In this document: piece after piece, positions 1 to 9,594 of the stretch | Layout of the letters: each line of letters opens with the position of its first letter | Numbering within the stretch: the first letter of the stretch is position 1 | Assembly (NCBI GenBank): GCA_029856105.1 | Contig: JAHQWH010000006.1 | Coordinates: forward strand, 1 to 63,576 | DNA from: Promethearchaeia archaeon | Lineage (GTDB): Archaea > Asgardarchaeota > Lokiarchaeia > Sigyniarchaeales > SOKP01 | Direction of reading: 5' to 3' | Length of the DNA: 63,576 nt | Notes under the pieces: model-generated | Database searches by the model: none | What the model was told of the DNA's origin: nothing | The model's input: the letters and a program-made list of their open reading frames with translations, nothing else | Translations under genes and position numbers: made by a program

Positions 1-102
1 TTTAGCTAAGGTTTTTTTATTTTTAGAAACAGATCGTGAAACAGTCCTTTCACGAAAATTGACTTTCATAAAATATTTTAATACTAAAAGAAAAATGGAA
101 AA

Positions 103-235
103 TGCGCCGCCCGGGAATCGAACCCGGGTCACCAAATACCCAATTTCTACGGCCTGTAGCAATTTGTTGGCAACCTGGTATACTGACCAATCTACATTCT
201 ATTAAGATATTTAATAGAATCTATACTAGCAGCGC
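103..235 (-). tRNA. tRNA-Gly(GCC) with two introns (29 nt in D-loop, 191-219; 30 nt in anticodon arm, within 136-167)
   Basis: Removing both inserts gives a 74-nt cloverleaf: acceptor GCGCTGC/GCGGCGC-A, D-stem GTAT/GTAT, anticodon stem CCAGG with loop TT-GCC-AA, T-arm CCGGG-TTCGATT-CCCGG. CCA is not encoded. Confidence 0.93.
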
Positions 236-345
236 TTTTTAGTATAAATCGTTTAACGATATAAAAAATATATTAAGAAATTAAAATTTATTGCTTTAAT
301 ATGAGTTAAGGTTATCAATTTTGAAATTTTAATGAAATAATTCAA

Positions 346-1362
346 TTAAACGATCTGAGAAGCTTTTTGTTTTATATCGTTATTATCGACAAAGACTTCT
401 AATTCGCGCAAGCTATTAGGTAAGCCCTCTCGAACCCCGATCTCTTTGCTTTCTAAATAAGACATTGCTGTTGCCATCTTAGACGATTTCTCTAGACTAA
501 ACTTGTTTAGTTGGGATATTAGAAGACCACTAAGAAAAGCGTCTCCTGCTCCTGTGGTGTCTTCTACCGGACCCTCGTAAATTGAACTATTCACAATATG
601 TTTACCATCAGATATAATTGAGCCATTGGGACCATCGGTAATTGAAATTAATTTTACTCCAAGATCTAAAAAGGTATGAATCATATGAACTGTATCTGTC
701 TCATTTGTAAACTCTTGAGCCTCTTCTTTATTTAATGAAACTACATCTGAGTTTGAGATAAGAATTTTTGCCCATTTAGGATTGTTTTTAATAATTGACA
801 TGCTGGGTGCGGCAAATACTTTACCACCGTTTTCTAAAGTGAGCGTCAGTGCTTTCTCAATTGCTCTACAACCACTTTCGGTAGTTAACGATGTCCAAGC
901 AAACGCTTTAATATTTTGAAAAATATCGGCTTTCACATCCTCAGGTTTTAACATGTTATTTGCGCCTTTGTAAGCAAGAATACTTCTGTCTTTTCCCCAC
1001 TCAGTTTTTAAAATTACTGAGAACGCCGTACAATCGTCATCAGATTGAATGACACTTGAAAGGTCTACTCCTCTTTTCTTCATATCTTCTAGACAAATAC
1101 TTGCCGAAAAGTCGTTCCCTAATACCCCAAGATAAGCGCTTTTTAACCCCAACATCGCACAATTTGACGCAATATTGGCAGCAGACCCCCCAGGGACAAA
1201 TAGAACGCCATCGACATTCAGTTTGCGACTGTATTCAATTGCAGTGTATTTTTTAACAATTTCTTTATCAAACAATTCAAATCTAAGGATATCTTTAACT
1301 TGTAGCATACAATCAAGAGTACAACTACCAATCGTTATTAATTCTGGATTCATTTTTAACAC
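346..1362 (-). CDS. PfkB/ribokinase-family carbohydrate kinase
   Basis: PGGSAAN N-terminal motif and DTTGAGDAF C-terminal signature. Confidence 0.92.
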   Translation of the reverse strand: MLKMNPELITIGSCTLDCMLQVKDILRFELFDKEIVKKYTAIEYSRKLNVDGVLFVPGGSAANIASNCAMLGLKSAYLGVLGNDFSASICLEDMKKRGVDLSSVIQSDDDCTAFSVILKTEWGKDRSILAYKGANNMLKPEDVKADIFQNIKAFAWTSLTTESGCRAIEKALTLTLENGGKVFAAPSMSIIKNNPKWAKILISNSDVVSLNKEEAQEFTNETDTVHMIHTFLDLGVKLISITDGPNGSIISDGKHIVNSSIYEGPVEDTTGAGDAFLSGLLISQLNKFSLEKSSKMATAMSYLESKEIGVREGLPNSLRELEVFVDNNDIKQKASQIV

Positions 1363-1454
1363 TTTTAAATATTGAATTAGAGAATAAATTAAAAATAGAG
1401 TTTTAGCTTAAATAATTTTGCTAGGTAGTCAAAAAGAGAAACTTAAAAAAAAAT

Positions 1455-2081
1455 CTAATCTCGCGACTTCAACTTGTTTAATTCATCTTCTAATTCTTTT
1501 ACTTTTCCATCGGGATCAACCGAAGGCAATGCTCCACCTACTTCAACTTGTATCTCCGCATCGATTTCGCCTAATATCTCCTTAACTTGGTTATCAGTAA
1601 CTGCTGTATCAAGAGTCATGTCATCTATTCCATCAGATGTTATCTCTTGAGTTACTTCGAAATCTTCCATATCGACACCGATCTCTGTCATCAATTCTGT
1701 AAGTTGAGGAACCGATAACTGACTTTTTAATGCGCCTAAGCTAGTGGCAATACCATGCATGATAACGGAAATATCTTTAACTGCGTTAGCTTGTTCCAGT
1801 TTAAATACCATACCTTCTAAGTTTGTTCTAAAATGATCAATTGCTCTAGCTTGTTTTTTAATTTGAAGATAATTCCGCGCGTGAAATTCCGATCCTTCCA
1901 TATCACCAGCCTTTCTAAGTCTTACAGCTTTATCTCTGGCTTGTTTAGCAGTCATCTCCATCTTTTTCGTGTTTCTCATTAATCTTTTGTTAAACACCTT
2001 TAATTTGACGGTAGCAGAACGAACAGAATCACTTTTTTGGCCACCTGAGAGCCATTTTGACATATCCTTGAGAAAACCCAT
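1455..2081 (-). CDS. ESCRT-III subunit, Snf7 superfamily (Vps2/24/46-like)
   Basis: Basic helical N-half and acidic C-half, C-terminal MIM1-like helix (ELEDELNKLK), divergent from Vps4. Confidence 0.85.
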   Translation of the reverse strand: MGFLKDMSKWLSGGQKSDSVRSATVKLKVFNKRLMRNTKKMEMTAKQARDKAVRLRKAGDMEGSEFHARNYLQIKKQARAIDHFRTNLEGMVFKLEQANAVKDISVIMHGIATSLGALKSQLSVPQLTELMTEIGVDMEDFEVTQEITSDGIDDMTLDTAVTDNQVKEILGEIDAEIQVEVGGALPSVDPDGKVKELEDELNKLKSRD

Positions 2082-2316
2082 ATCTTAAATCATCAATTTT
2101 TTCGTTATTACTAAATTACTATATAATAATATTAAAAATTCAAGATTATATATTTTTTTGTTGTAGACCAATGTTTACAATACAAATTTAAAGAGAAAAT
2201 TTGATATATTTGGATGTATTAATAAATAAAATAAGTATCGAACTAGATTAGCTATAAATATTATTAATTTTTTAAGATAGATAAGATAAATAATTACTTT
2301 TAAAAGGTTATCACCG

Positions 2317-3534
2317 TTGAGTAGTGTTGATAGTAAGCTTTACCAATATGCCGTTCAAGAAGCACAAGCTGCCGTTGATTTGGACGAAAAGGGGCATTAT
2401 AGACAAGCGTTAAATAAATATCAAAGAGCCGCAGAAATTCTAATTCAATTCGTACAATATAACAAAAACCCAATAATGGTTAGAAAATGTCATGATCAAA
2501 TTGAACAGTATATTAATCGTGCTAACGTCCTAAAAGCACATTTAAGTGGTCCTCGTGCTAGAAAAGGAAAGCCTTCTATGGGTACAAGTGCAGCTAAAGA
2601 TAGCGAGGGAAAAGGAGAAGAAGGACAATATTCTGCTGAAGAACAAGAAATTATAGATTCGATTTCAGGTACAATATTAGAAGAATCTCCTAATGTAAAG
2701 TGGAACGATATTGCGGGTTTAAAGACATCTAAACAAGCTTTAAGAGAAGCGATAGTTTTACCAATTATGAAACCCAAACTTTTTACGGGAGCAAGGAAAC
2801 CATGGTCAGGCATATTATTGTTTGGGCCACCCGGTTGTGGAAAAACCCTATTAGCGAGAGCTGCTGCTACGGAATGTGAAGCGACATTTTTTAGCGTTTC
2901 ATCCGCAGATTTATTAAGCAAATGGTTAGGTGAAAGTGAGAAATTAATTAGTTCGCTTTTTAAAGTTGCTCGAATTAAAGCCCCAAGTTTAATTTTTATG
3001 GATGAAATTGACTCGGTAGCAACTAAGAGAGGCGAAGGCCACGAAGGAGGAGGCGAAAGACGAGTAAAAACGCAACTGCTAAGCGAAATTCAAGGCATTA
3101 AATCGGGTTCTAAAAAACCATTATTAGTTTTAGGTGCTACTAATCGACCTTGGGACATTGACGCTGCTATGCTTAGTAGATTTGAAAAGAAAGTGTATGT
3201 GCCACTTCCAGATCTAACAGCCAGAATTGGAATCTTTAAAATTCACACCGCAGGTATAAATATGGCGTTAACTGAAGAAGATTTTATCGAATTAGGGGTT
3301 AGATCTGAAGGATATTCGGGAAGAGATATTTCTAACGTGTGCCGCGAAGTTATCATGCTTCCAATTAGAGAATTAGATATGGGTGGGCTTTTAGAAAACT
3401 CCTATCAAGAAGTAGTTGTAAGGGATCTTAATTTAAAAGATTTTGCTAAAACATTAAAAAAAGTTAAGCCAATGACAACTAATACGGCTCTAAATCAATA
3501 CGAACAATGGGCAAAAGAATTCGGAGAATTGTGA
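2317..3534 (+). CDS. vps4: Vps4 AAA+ ATPase (MIT + AAA)
   Basis: N-terminal MIT helices, GPPGCGKT Walker A, DEID Walker B, SKWLGESEK pore loop, C-terminal YEQWAKEFG; TTG start. Confidence 0.93.
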   Translation: MSSVDSKLYQYAVQEAQAAVDLDEKGHYRQALNKYQRAAEILIQFVQYNKNPIMVRKCHDQIEQYINRANVLKAHLSGPRARKGKPSMGTSAAKDSEGKGEEGQYSAEEQEIIDSISGTILEESPNVKWNDIAGLKTSKQALREAIVLPIMKPKLFTGARKPWSGILLFGPPGCGKTLLARAAATECEATFFSVSSADLLSKWLGESEKLISSLFKVARIKAPSLIFMDEIDSVATKRGEGHEGGGERRVKTQLLSEIQGIKSGSKKPLLVLGATNRPWDIDAAMLSRFEKKVYVPLPDLTARIGIFKIHTAGINMALTEEDFIELGVRSEGYSGRDISNVCREVIMLPIRELDMGGLLENSYQEVVVRDLNLKDFAKTLKKVKPMTTNTALNQYEQWAKEFGEL

Positions 3535-3537
3535 AAT

Positions 3538-4425
3538 ATGGAAAGGCAAAAGGTAAAACCGAAAGAAGTTCCTAAAGAAGTTAAAGAAAAAACTGATAAG
3601 GAACTTGAAGACCTAAGGAAAGAGTTAGCTCGGTTAAAAGAACTAAGAAGCCAACAAACAAAAGAAAGGCAAGAATTGATACAAGAAGCTGGTATAGAAG
3701 AACCTACTAAGGGAGAAACAAGCGAAGAAATAGAATCGCGCCTAGATAAAATTGAAGACTTTCTCACATCAAAGCTAGGAGAAATCGATCAAAAAGCTTA
3801 TAAACAGAATGCCATCCAAATCGAAAAAGAGCTTCAAGAGATTGAGTTAGAAATAATAAGAGAGAAAGGAGTCGTTGTTAGAGAAATATCAACTTACGAG
3901 TTGTTATTGAACGATTATCCTTGGCTCGAAGAAAAAAGATATGTTTTCATGTTTTCTCTTCCTAATAAAAGAACAAACTTGAAAGATTACGAATCTTGGA
4001 AAAGTGAATGGTCCAAAGTAGTTTTTGACTACGCTCGATACGCTATTCTTCATATACTATATCTAAGAAAGTTAGAATCCGAGAACCCCTTTTCCAATTT
4101 TGATAATCGCAATTCAGCTTTAAAGGAAATCGCTGAAGAGCTTGTAAACAAAGAACAAGCTGAATGGTTATCAAAAAGTAAAGAGAAATTAAGAGTTTAT
4201 TGGAAAAGTTTGGATAATTGGGCCGAAGATATCTACGATTGGGTAATGGAAATTTCACCATTAGAACCAATTTTAATATTTGAAATAAGAGAATCTAAAA
4301 AAGATTTTAACACACTTCCCCACAACGACATTATAAAAATATTTAAAATATTGGAAAGGGATAAGAGAGGGAAGATTATAAAACTAGATAACGGTCAACT
4401 TTCTTTTAAAATTAAAGTTGAATAA
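3538..4425 (+). CDS. ESCRT-II Vps25-like winged-helix protein with N-terminal coiled coil
   Basis: FSLP...WKSEWSKVV, PFSNF and VYWKSLDNWAEDIYDW resemble Vps25; ESCRT context. Confidence 0.75.
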   Translation: MERQKVKPKEVPKEVKEKTDKELEDLRKELARLKELRSQQTKERQELIQEAGIEEPTKGETSEEIESRLDKIEDFLTSKLGEIDQKAYKQNAIQIEKELQEIELEIIREKGVVVREISTYELLLNDYPWLEEKRYVFMFSLPNKRTNLKDYESWKSEWSKVVFDYARYAILHILYLRKLESENPFSNFDNRNSALKEIAEELVNKEQAEWLSKSKEKLRVYWKSLDNWAEDIYDWVMEISPLEPILIFEIRESKKDFNTLPHNDIIKIFKILERDKRGKIIKLDNGQLSFKIKVE

Positions 4426-4430
4426 ATTTC

Positions 4431-5147
4431 TTATATTGAAGGGAAATACCACTGCTTTCCTTTTAAAAGGGATTCTCTAAATTTAGCGCCTCCACTATCT
4501 TCTAACGATTTTAGGGTTTGTAGGGCGCGATCTTGAGACCATGTTAGAGCAACACAAACATCTTCAAGCGAGATATAACCTTTTTCTTTTGCGATACTTA
4601 TAACTTTCACTTGGTCGTTAGTGTACTGAACAGGAAAGAACCTCACCATTACGGTCCCACCCTTTAATTCTTGTAATTCCTCTATGACGTGGTCTTTTTT
4701 TAGAATCTTTAAAGCTTTAAGTAAATCTTTTATTTCTAACACTTCTTTCAATATTCCTGTATTTATTAAGTCGTAAATCTCAGAAATGGGCATCAAACCA
4801 ACTCCAATTTCTTCTTTTTGCAGCAAAACTCTTTGATAGGCAAGCATTCCTAACTTTTCGTGGTCGATTTTAGAAAATTTCTTCAAAACATCGTTTTCAG
4901 TGATTTGTTCTGTTATAATTTTTGAAGATGGTATATTATACTTTTTTTGTAAGTCTCTAACCTGATTCTTCAATTCAGGAGTTAAAGCTAATATTACACC
5001 ATGTTTTTTCGCTAATTCATTGAGTTTTTCTTTAGTAAAGTTTTCTGTCGAAGCTTTCGCTTGAATGTCTTTTATTTTTAACTCTGCTGCCTTCCTCTTC
5101 ATAGCTTCTCTTAAATCAATTTCATCTTCAATCTTTCGAATGCCCAT
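4431..5147 (-). CDS. ESCRT-II Vps22/Vps36-like (EAP30) protein
   Basis: MGIRKI start, tandem winged helices, C-terminal QWYFPS typical of Vps22/36; ESCRT context. Confidence 0.8.
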   Translation of the reverse strand: MGIRKIEDEIDLREAMKRKAAELKIKDIQAKASTENFTKEKLNELAKKHGVILALTPELKNQVRDLQKKYNIPSSKIITEQITENDVLKKFSKIDHEKLGMLAYQRVLLQKEEIGVGLMPISEIYDLINTGILKEVLEIKDLLKALKILKKDHVIEELQELKGGTVMVRFFPVQYTNDQVKVISIAKEKGYISLEDVCVALTWSQDRALQTLKSLEDSGGAKFRESLLKGKQWYFPSI

Positions 5148-5220
5148 TTTTCAATATCACTATTATTTAATACCTTAATTGATTAATAATAATAAAATTA
5201 CTTATTTCTTTTTATTTTGA

Positions 5221-5805
5221 TTGATAATGAGAGATTTAAAAACTTTTAGGCTTGTTAATAAAATTGAAACAACGATGATTTACGACTCCCTTATAAAATT
5301 ATCCCCAATTATATTATCCTTTTTCGAGAAAAACGACTATAGATTATATATTTCCTTAAATGAGTTGGAAGCAGAAAGCAAGTTTCCCTCAATTTTTTTA
5401 ATTTCAAAAGATCAACTTAATTTTTTACGAACTTTAAAAAACGATAAAATTACCTCAGCAGGTTTATATTTTGGTTTTATTAAGAAAGGAAATTTCTATA
5501 TCAGTTTAGAAGGTGCTGAATTTCTATATAATAATAATTTGTTTTCTGATCTTAAGAGAATTCATTTGAATGATAAAGGAGAAAAATCCATTCTTTATGG
5601 AAATAATATTTTAAAAAATATGATAAGCGCTATTCCAAGTTCGTTAAAACAGAATGAAATTTTATTGATTTTTAATAGAAATGATGAAATTATAGCAATA
5701 GCCCAATCTAAATATAGTTATCAAAATATCCAAAAACTCAAACCAAAAGAAATTATTGCTATTAATCTGAATGATAAAGGTTATTATTTAAGAAGAAATC
5801 AATGA
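5221..5805 (+). CDS. NIP7-like PUA-domain ribosome biogenesis protein
   Basis: SAGLYFG, ISLEGA, GEKSILYGNNILK, DKGYYLR motifs. Confidence 0.8.
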   Translation: MIMRDLKTFRLVNKIETTMIYDSLIKLSPIILSFFEKNDYRLYISLNELEAESKFPSIFLISKDQLNFLRTLKNDKITSAGLYFGFIKKGNFYISLEGAEFLYNNNLFSDLKRIHLNDKGEKSILYGNNILKNMISAIPSSLKQNEILLIFNRNDEIIAIAQSKYSYQNIQKLKPKEIIAINLNDKGYYLRRNQ

Positions 5806-6051
5806 TTAGAGAACTTTTCTTTTGGACAAAGAAAGATAAAACGGAAAATTGAATCATTATTTTATCCACTTAAATTAAGTTAACATTGAATTTCGCTTCA
5901 ATATCTCTTCCTTTGTAAAAAGATTCACACAATAAGATTTACTTTTTTTGCATATATAAATCCATTAGGACTGAATTTCTAAAAAATAGTTCAATCGTTC
6001 ATTAAATCTAGAAATAGAAAAATTGATTAAAAATCATGAAACGGGTTAAAC

Positions 6052-7368
6052 TTACTTATCCAAATCATTATCATCAATCAAAAGTAGGGTTTCTTCTTCA
6101 GAAATTCGCTTAGTTTCATCTATTAAATCATTATATAGAGTAAAGAACGCCGAAGTAAGTCCAAGAGGTGATTTTAGTAGTTCCGTTTTTATTGCTTGAT
6201 ACTCTTTTTCGTCTGTAAAAATATTGCTTAATTTATTCTCTATCTCTAACGGTATTTTCGCAAATTTTCCAGATAATAATAACGGTTGTTTTTTACTTTT
6301 AATATTTTTATAAGGAAAATTAGAAAAATATTTTTCAATTAATTCAAATGCACCCTCGTATTGGGCTATATCATTAACCTGTTTTTTCAATTCCCGTTCG
6401 AATTTTTGCTCAAAATCTCGAGTAAATTGTACAACACACTCTCGTAATAATTTAGAATATTTAGATGCGACTAAACCAACTGATATTAATTCAGATTTAT
6501 ATAATGTAAAGATTCCTTCTTCTAATTTAATATCTAAAAGCCCCCCCATATTTATAACTTCTTCGCTCATAAGTTGCACAGCATTTAGAAATCCTGGAAA
6601 AATTGATTCATTGAAGCTAGAACGAGACCAATCGTGATCGAAAAGTGGATTTCCTTCTCGATCTCTTACAACAAGCCTATTAACAGTAAATGGTAAAATA
6701 TAAAGGAGTTTAGGCTCTTTTATTATTCCTAAACAAACAATTAAGTTTCCTAAACCTGTAGTAGCGTAAGCAAATAGAATAAAAATTGGGTTCCAATAAT
6801 AAAAAAGGTATATAGTTAGAGTTAATGGTCCATTTATTACAGTACCTATTAAAAATATAAGAGCTTCTCTTTTTATCAAAAATGGAGCGTTCAACCAAGT
6901 TTTTAAACCCCAATAAAACGATGCACTGCCAACAAAAGATATAAAAATTAAACCCATCAATTCATACAATCCCATCCAATTCACATTTAAATGGCCCCCC
7001 TCAAATTCAAATCCTACAGCTCCAGGTTGAAATGCAATGTAACAAAATAAAACACCTAAACCAATTACTATAATTAAGAAAGGTGAATTAGATGTTTCTT
7101 TAATCGTATAATTGATCCCAATCGCAAAAAACACTGCGCTAGGAAATAGCATAAGGCCACTAATCTGGGAAAGTAATGTTATCAAAAAAAGATTTGCCAA
7201 CAAGTCCAAAGAAAAGAGCATGCCCATAAAAAAGAGACCTAATCTAATATAAGATAAAGATTTTATGTTCTTAGTTCTCGGAGTAAAACACATTAATAGA
7301 GTAGCTATTAGGATACTTGCGCTAGTGAAAATTTCAACGATTACTTCAGGTGTCCAATTTAATACCAT
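6052..7368 (-). CDS. 7-TM membrane protein with cytoplasmic longin-like domain
   Basis: Seven hydrophobic segments in residues about 8-216, then LVVRDREGNPLF...GFLNAVQLMSEEV...F..DFEQKF longin-like pattern. Confidence 0.65.
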   Translation of the reverse strand: MVLNWTPEVIVEIFTSASILIATLLMCFTPRTKNIKSLSYIRLGLFFMGMLFSLDLLANLFLITLLSQISGLMLFPSAVFFAIGINYTIKETSNSPFLIIVIGLGVLFCYIAFQPGAVGFEFEGGHLNVNWMGLYELMGLIFISFVGSASFYWGLKTWLNAPFLIKREALIFLIGTVINGPLTLTIYLFYYWNPIFILFAYATTGLGNLIVCLGIIKEPKLLYILPFTVNRLVVRDREGNPLFDHDWSRSSFNESIFPGFLNAVQLMSEEVINMGGLLDIKLEEGIFTLYKSELISVGLVASKYSKLLRECVVQFTRDFEQKFERELKKQVNDIAQYEGAFELIEKYFSNFPYKNIKSKKQPLLLSGKFAKIPLEIENKLSNIFTDEKEYQAIKTELLKSPLGLTSAFFTLYNDLIDETKRISEEETLLLIDDNDLDK

Positions 7369-7407
7369 TTTCTTATTCCATTTACTTAATTTAAATTATT
7401 TTTTATA

Positions 7408-8112
7408 TCAACTTATTTTGATATTATTTAATATATTAATAACATCCTCTTGCTTATTTGGATTTAAATAGATTTCCTTGCTCAGGTCTTCTTTAAAGCA
7501 AATTAGATCGTAACTAATTAAATTTTTTAGCCGATAATTGACTTGTTCTCTTTTTTCATCAATAAATTTAAAGATTTCGTGATTTTTAATTGAACTTTGT
7601 GTTCTTAATAAGTCTACAATTTTCCTATTTATCTTATCTCTTAATAAAAAATTGATTATTCCTAAATCAACTTCCATCTCAATGGGAAGAAACACTGTGT
7701 AATTTCCTACTTTAATTTTATTGATATAATTAAAATTTAATAACATCTCTAAGTGCCATACTAATTGGCCCGAACTCCCTGATTCATCAGATAATGCCTT
7801 TTTTCTTAAAATAGAGAAATGTGCGCCGGGGTTCGCTCTAATGTAATTGTAAAGTCCTCTTCTAGTAGGATTGGAAAGAACTGTTTCCCTTGAAAACTTT
7901 GAACCTTCAATTAAAATTTTTTTATTTAATAAAAATTGTATTATAAATAAGAGTCCGTTTCTAGGTAATTTCAAGCTTTTTTTTGCCACGTTGTAGAGAG
8001 TTTCAATATTAAGGACTTTATTTTTACTCATAATCTCCTCAGCTATCTCTATAACACTCTTCACATTAGGGTGCTCTAATCCTATAGACTTAGATAAAAT
8101 CTTGGTTTCCAT
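7408..8112 (-). CDS. Tandem winged-helix (ArsR-like) transcription regulator
   Basis: TRRGLYNYIRANPGAHFS...GQLVWHLEML and a second HTH. Start placed at ATG 8112 (METK) because the 113-codon upstream extension looks non-coding. Confidence 0.75.
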   Translation of the reverse strand: METKILSKSIGLEHPNVKSVIEIAEEIMSKNKVLNIETLYNVAKKSLKLPRNGLLFIIQFLLNKKILIEGSKFSRETVLSNPTRRGLYNYIRANPGAHFSILRKKALSDESGSSGQLVWHLEMLLNFNYINKIKVGNYTVFLPIEMEVDLGIINFLLRDKINRKIVDLLRTQSSIKNHEIFKFIDEKREQVNYRLKNLISYDLICFKEDLSKEIYLNPNKQEDVINILNNIKIS

Positions 8113-8543
8113 AATAGAGGTAACTAATTGTATTATAAGTTTGAAATCTACACAATATTCTTGAAATGCAGGAGTTTTCAGAATTTCAAGTTTTCTTAAT
8201 TTCCAATTATTGGTAACTTTTACACTTCTGCTAAGAATTCTATAAAGATTGCTTCTTAATAAATATAGATAGGAAGAATCGTTGAAAACAAATAAAATGG
8301 AAATATTTCTTAACATTTTTGAAAGCCTAAAAAATTGATAACTTCTTTTATTGATTATTTCAATCCTCCTATTATTTTGTAGAATTAACACATTAATTTT
8401 TTTAAAAGTATTATAATTTTTCTTAAGATTTCTACTAAGAAGATTCAACATAAAAAGGTGGATTCCACTAAAAATGCAACTTATAATTTACAAGTAATTT
8501 ATTTTTTCATATAAATCTATATAGACCGAAATTATAAAATTTA

Positions 8544-9509
8544 TTAATCTTCTTTTTTTATAAGACAAAAATAAAAGCCAATAGTATCATGAAGATGAGG
8601 ATACAAGCGTTGTGAAAACATTAAATCTTCTGATAAGTTGGCTCCAAAAACGTTAGTTAATCCTTTCACGCCATAATTTTTGGAAATTTCAATGATTTTA
8701 CAATTATTTAATTTGTTTAATACTTCATCAACAACTATCTCATTTTCTTCAGGGGCAATAGAACAAGTACAATATAGAAGTATCCCGCCTGAATTCAATG
8801 CTTCCAGCCCGGCGGTTAATAACCTCTTTTGAACTGAAGACATTTTTTCAATATCTTTCATTCTTTTACTTTTTTTCCTACTTGGATCTTGTCTTATTAA
8901 TCCTTCCCCGGTACATGGAGCATCTAATAAAATTTTATCTCCCTTAACATTTTTATTTGATAAATTAATAGCATCCATATTAAGTACAATTGAATTAATA
9001 ATTCCCATTCTTCTTAGGTTGACTTCTAAAGCGGGAATTCGGTTTAAATTCTTTTCAATTAAAATAAGCGTTCCTTCATTTTCCATTAGTTGAGCTAAGT
9101 GTGTTGATTTACTTCCTGGAGCGGCACACATATCAATTACAATATCATTTGGTTTAGGATCGAGAATAATAGCTGAAAGCATAGAAGCGATATTTTGTAA
9201 ATAATAATAACCTTGTAGAAATTCATGAGAAGAGCCTAAGTTAGAACTTTCTTTTATAATATTAAATCCATAAGGAATCCAGTCAATTGGTTTTAACTCA
9301 TTTCCTTTCTTTTCTAGTTTTTTTTTTAATTCTAATACAGAGATTTTAAGAGTATTAACCCGTATTGAAGGTATTAATGGCCGCTCATTTATCTTTAATA
9401 ATTTTAATGTCTCATCTAATCCTAAGAATTGAATATATCTTTCAATCATATAAGGGAGATATCCGTATTCTTCTGCTAGTTTATGAGCAATTTTAACATT
9501 CTGGGAAAT
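8544..9509 (-). CDS. NOL1/NOP2/Sun (RsmB/F) RNA m5C methyltransferase
   Basis: DMCAAPGSKS, LLDAPCTGEG, YCTCS motifs. The in-frame ...AEEYGYLPY-MIERY extension upstream of ATG 9449 suggests an ATT start at 9509. Confidence 0.92.
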   Translation of the reverse strand: MSQNVKIAHKLAEEYGYLPYMIERYIQFLGLDETLKLLKINERPLIPSIRVNTLKISVLELKKKLEKKGNELKPIDWIPYGFNIIKESSNLGSSHEFLQGYYYLQNIASMLSAIILDPKPNDIVIDMCAAPGSKSTHLAQLMENEGTLILIEKNLNRIPALEVNLRRMGIINSIVLNMDAINLSNKNVKGDKILLDAPCTGEGLIRQDPSRKKSKRMKDIEKMSSVQKRLLTAGLEALNSGGILLYCTCSIAPEENEIVVDEVLNKLNNCKIIEISKNYGVKGLTNVFGANLSEDLMFSQRLYPHLHDTIGFYFCLIKKED

Positions 9510-9594
9510 TAAATATCAACTCTAAGTGAAACTATTATTACTTAATAAAAATTAATTTATTATATTTGTTATTAATATAGAATAGAGTAGCATT

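Noticed and set aside
3520-3545. Vps4 and the Vps25-like ORF are in frame, separated only by TGA-AAT (possible read-through fusion)
   Set aside because: Vps4 ends at its normal C-terminus (EFGEL), and the TGA is part of the GGAG/GTGA RBS of the next ATG. No Cys context and no 3' element were seen.
5803-5883. Open frame continuing after the NIP7-like TGA
   Set aside because: GYYLR..Q is the usual family C-terminus; there is no Cys/Sec motif.
8113-8451. 113-codon N-terminal extension of the wHTH ORF
   Set aside because: Low-complexity AT-rich translation with no domain signal; ATG 8112 is the more plausible start.
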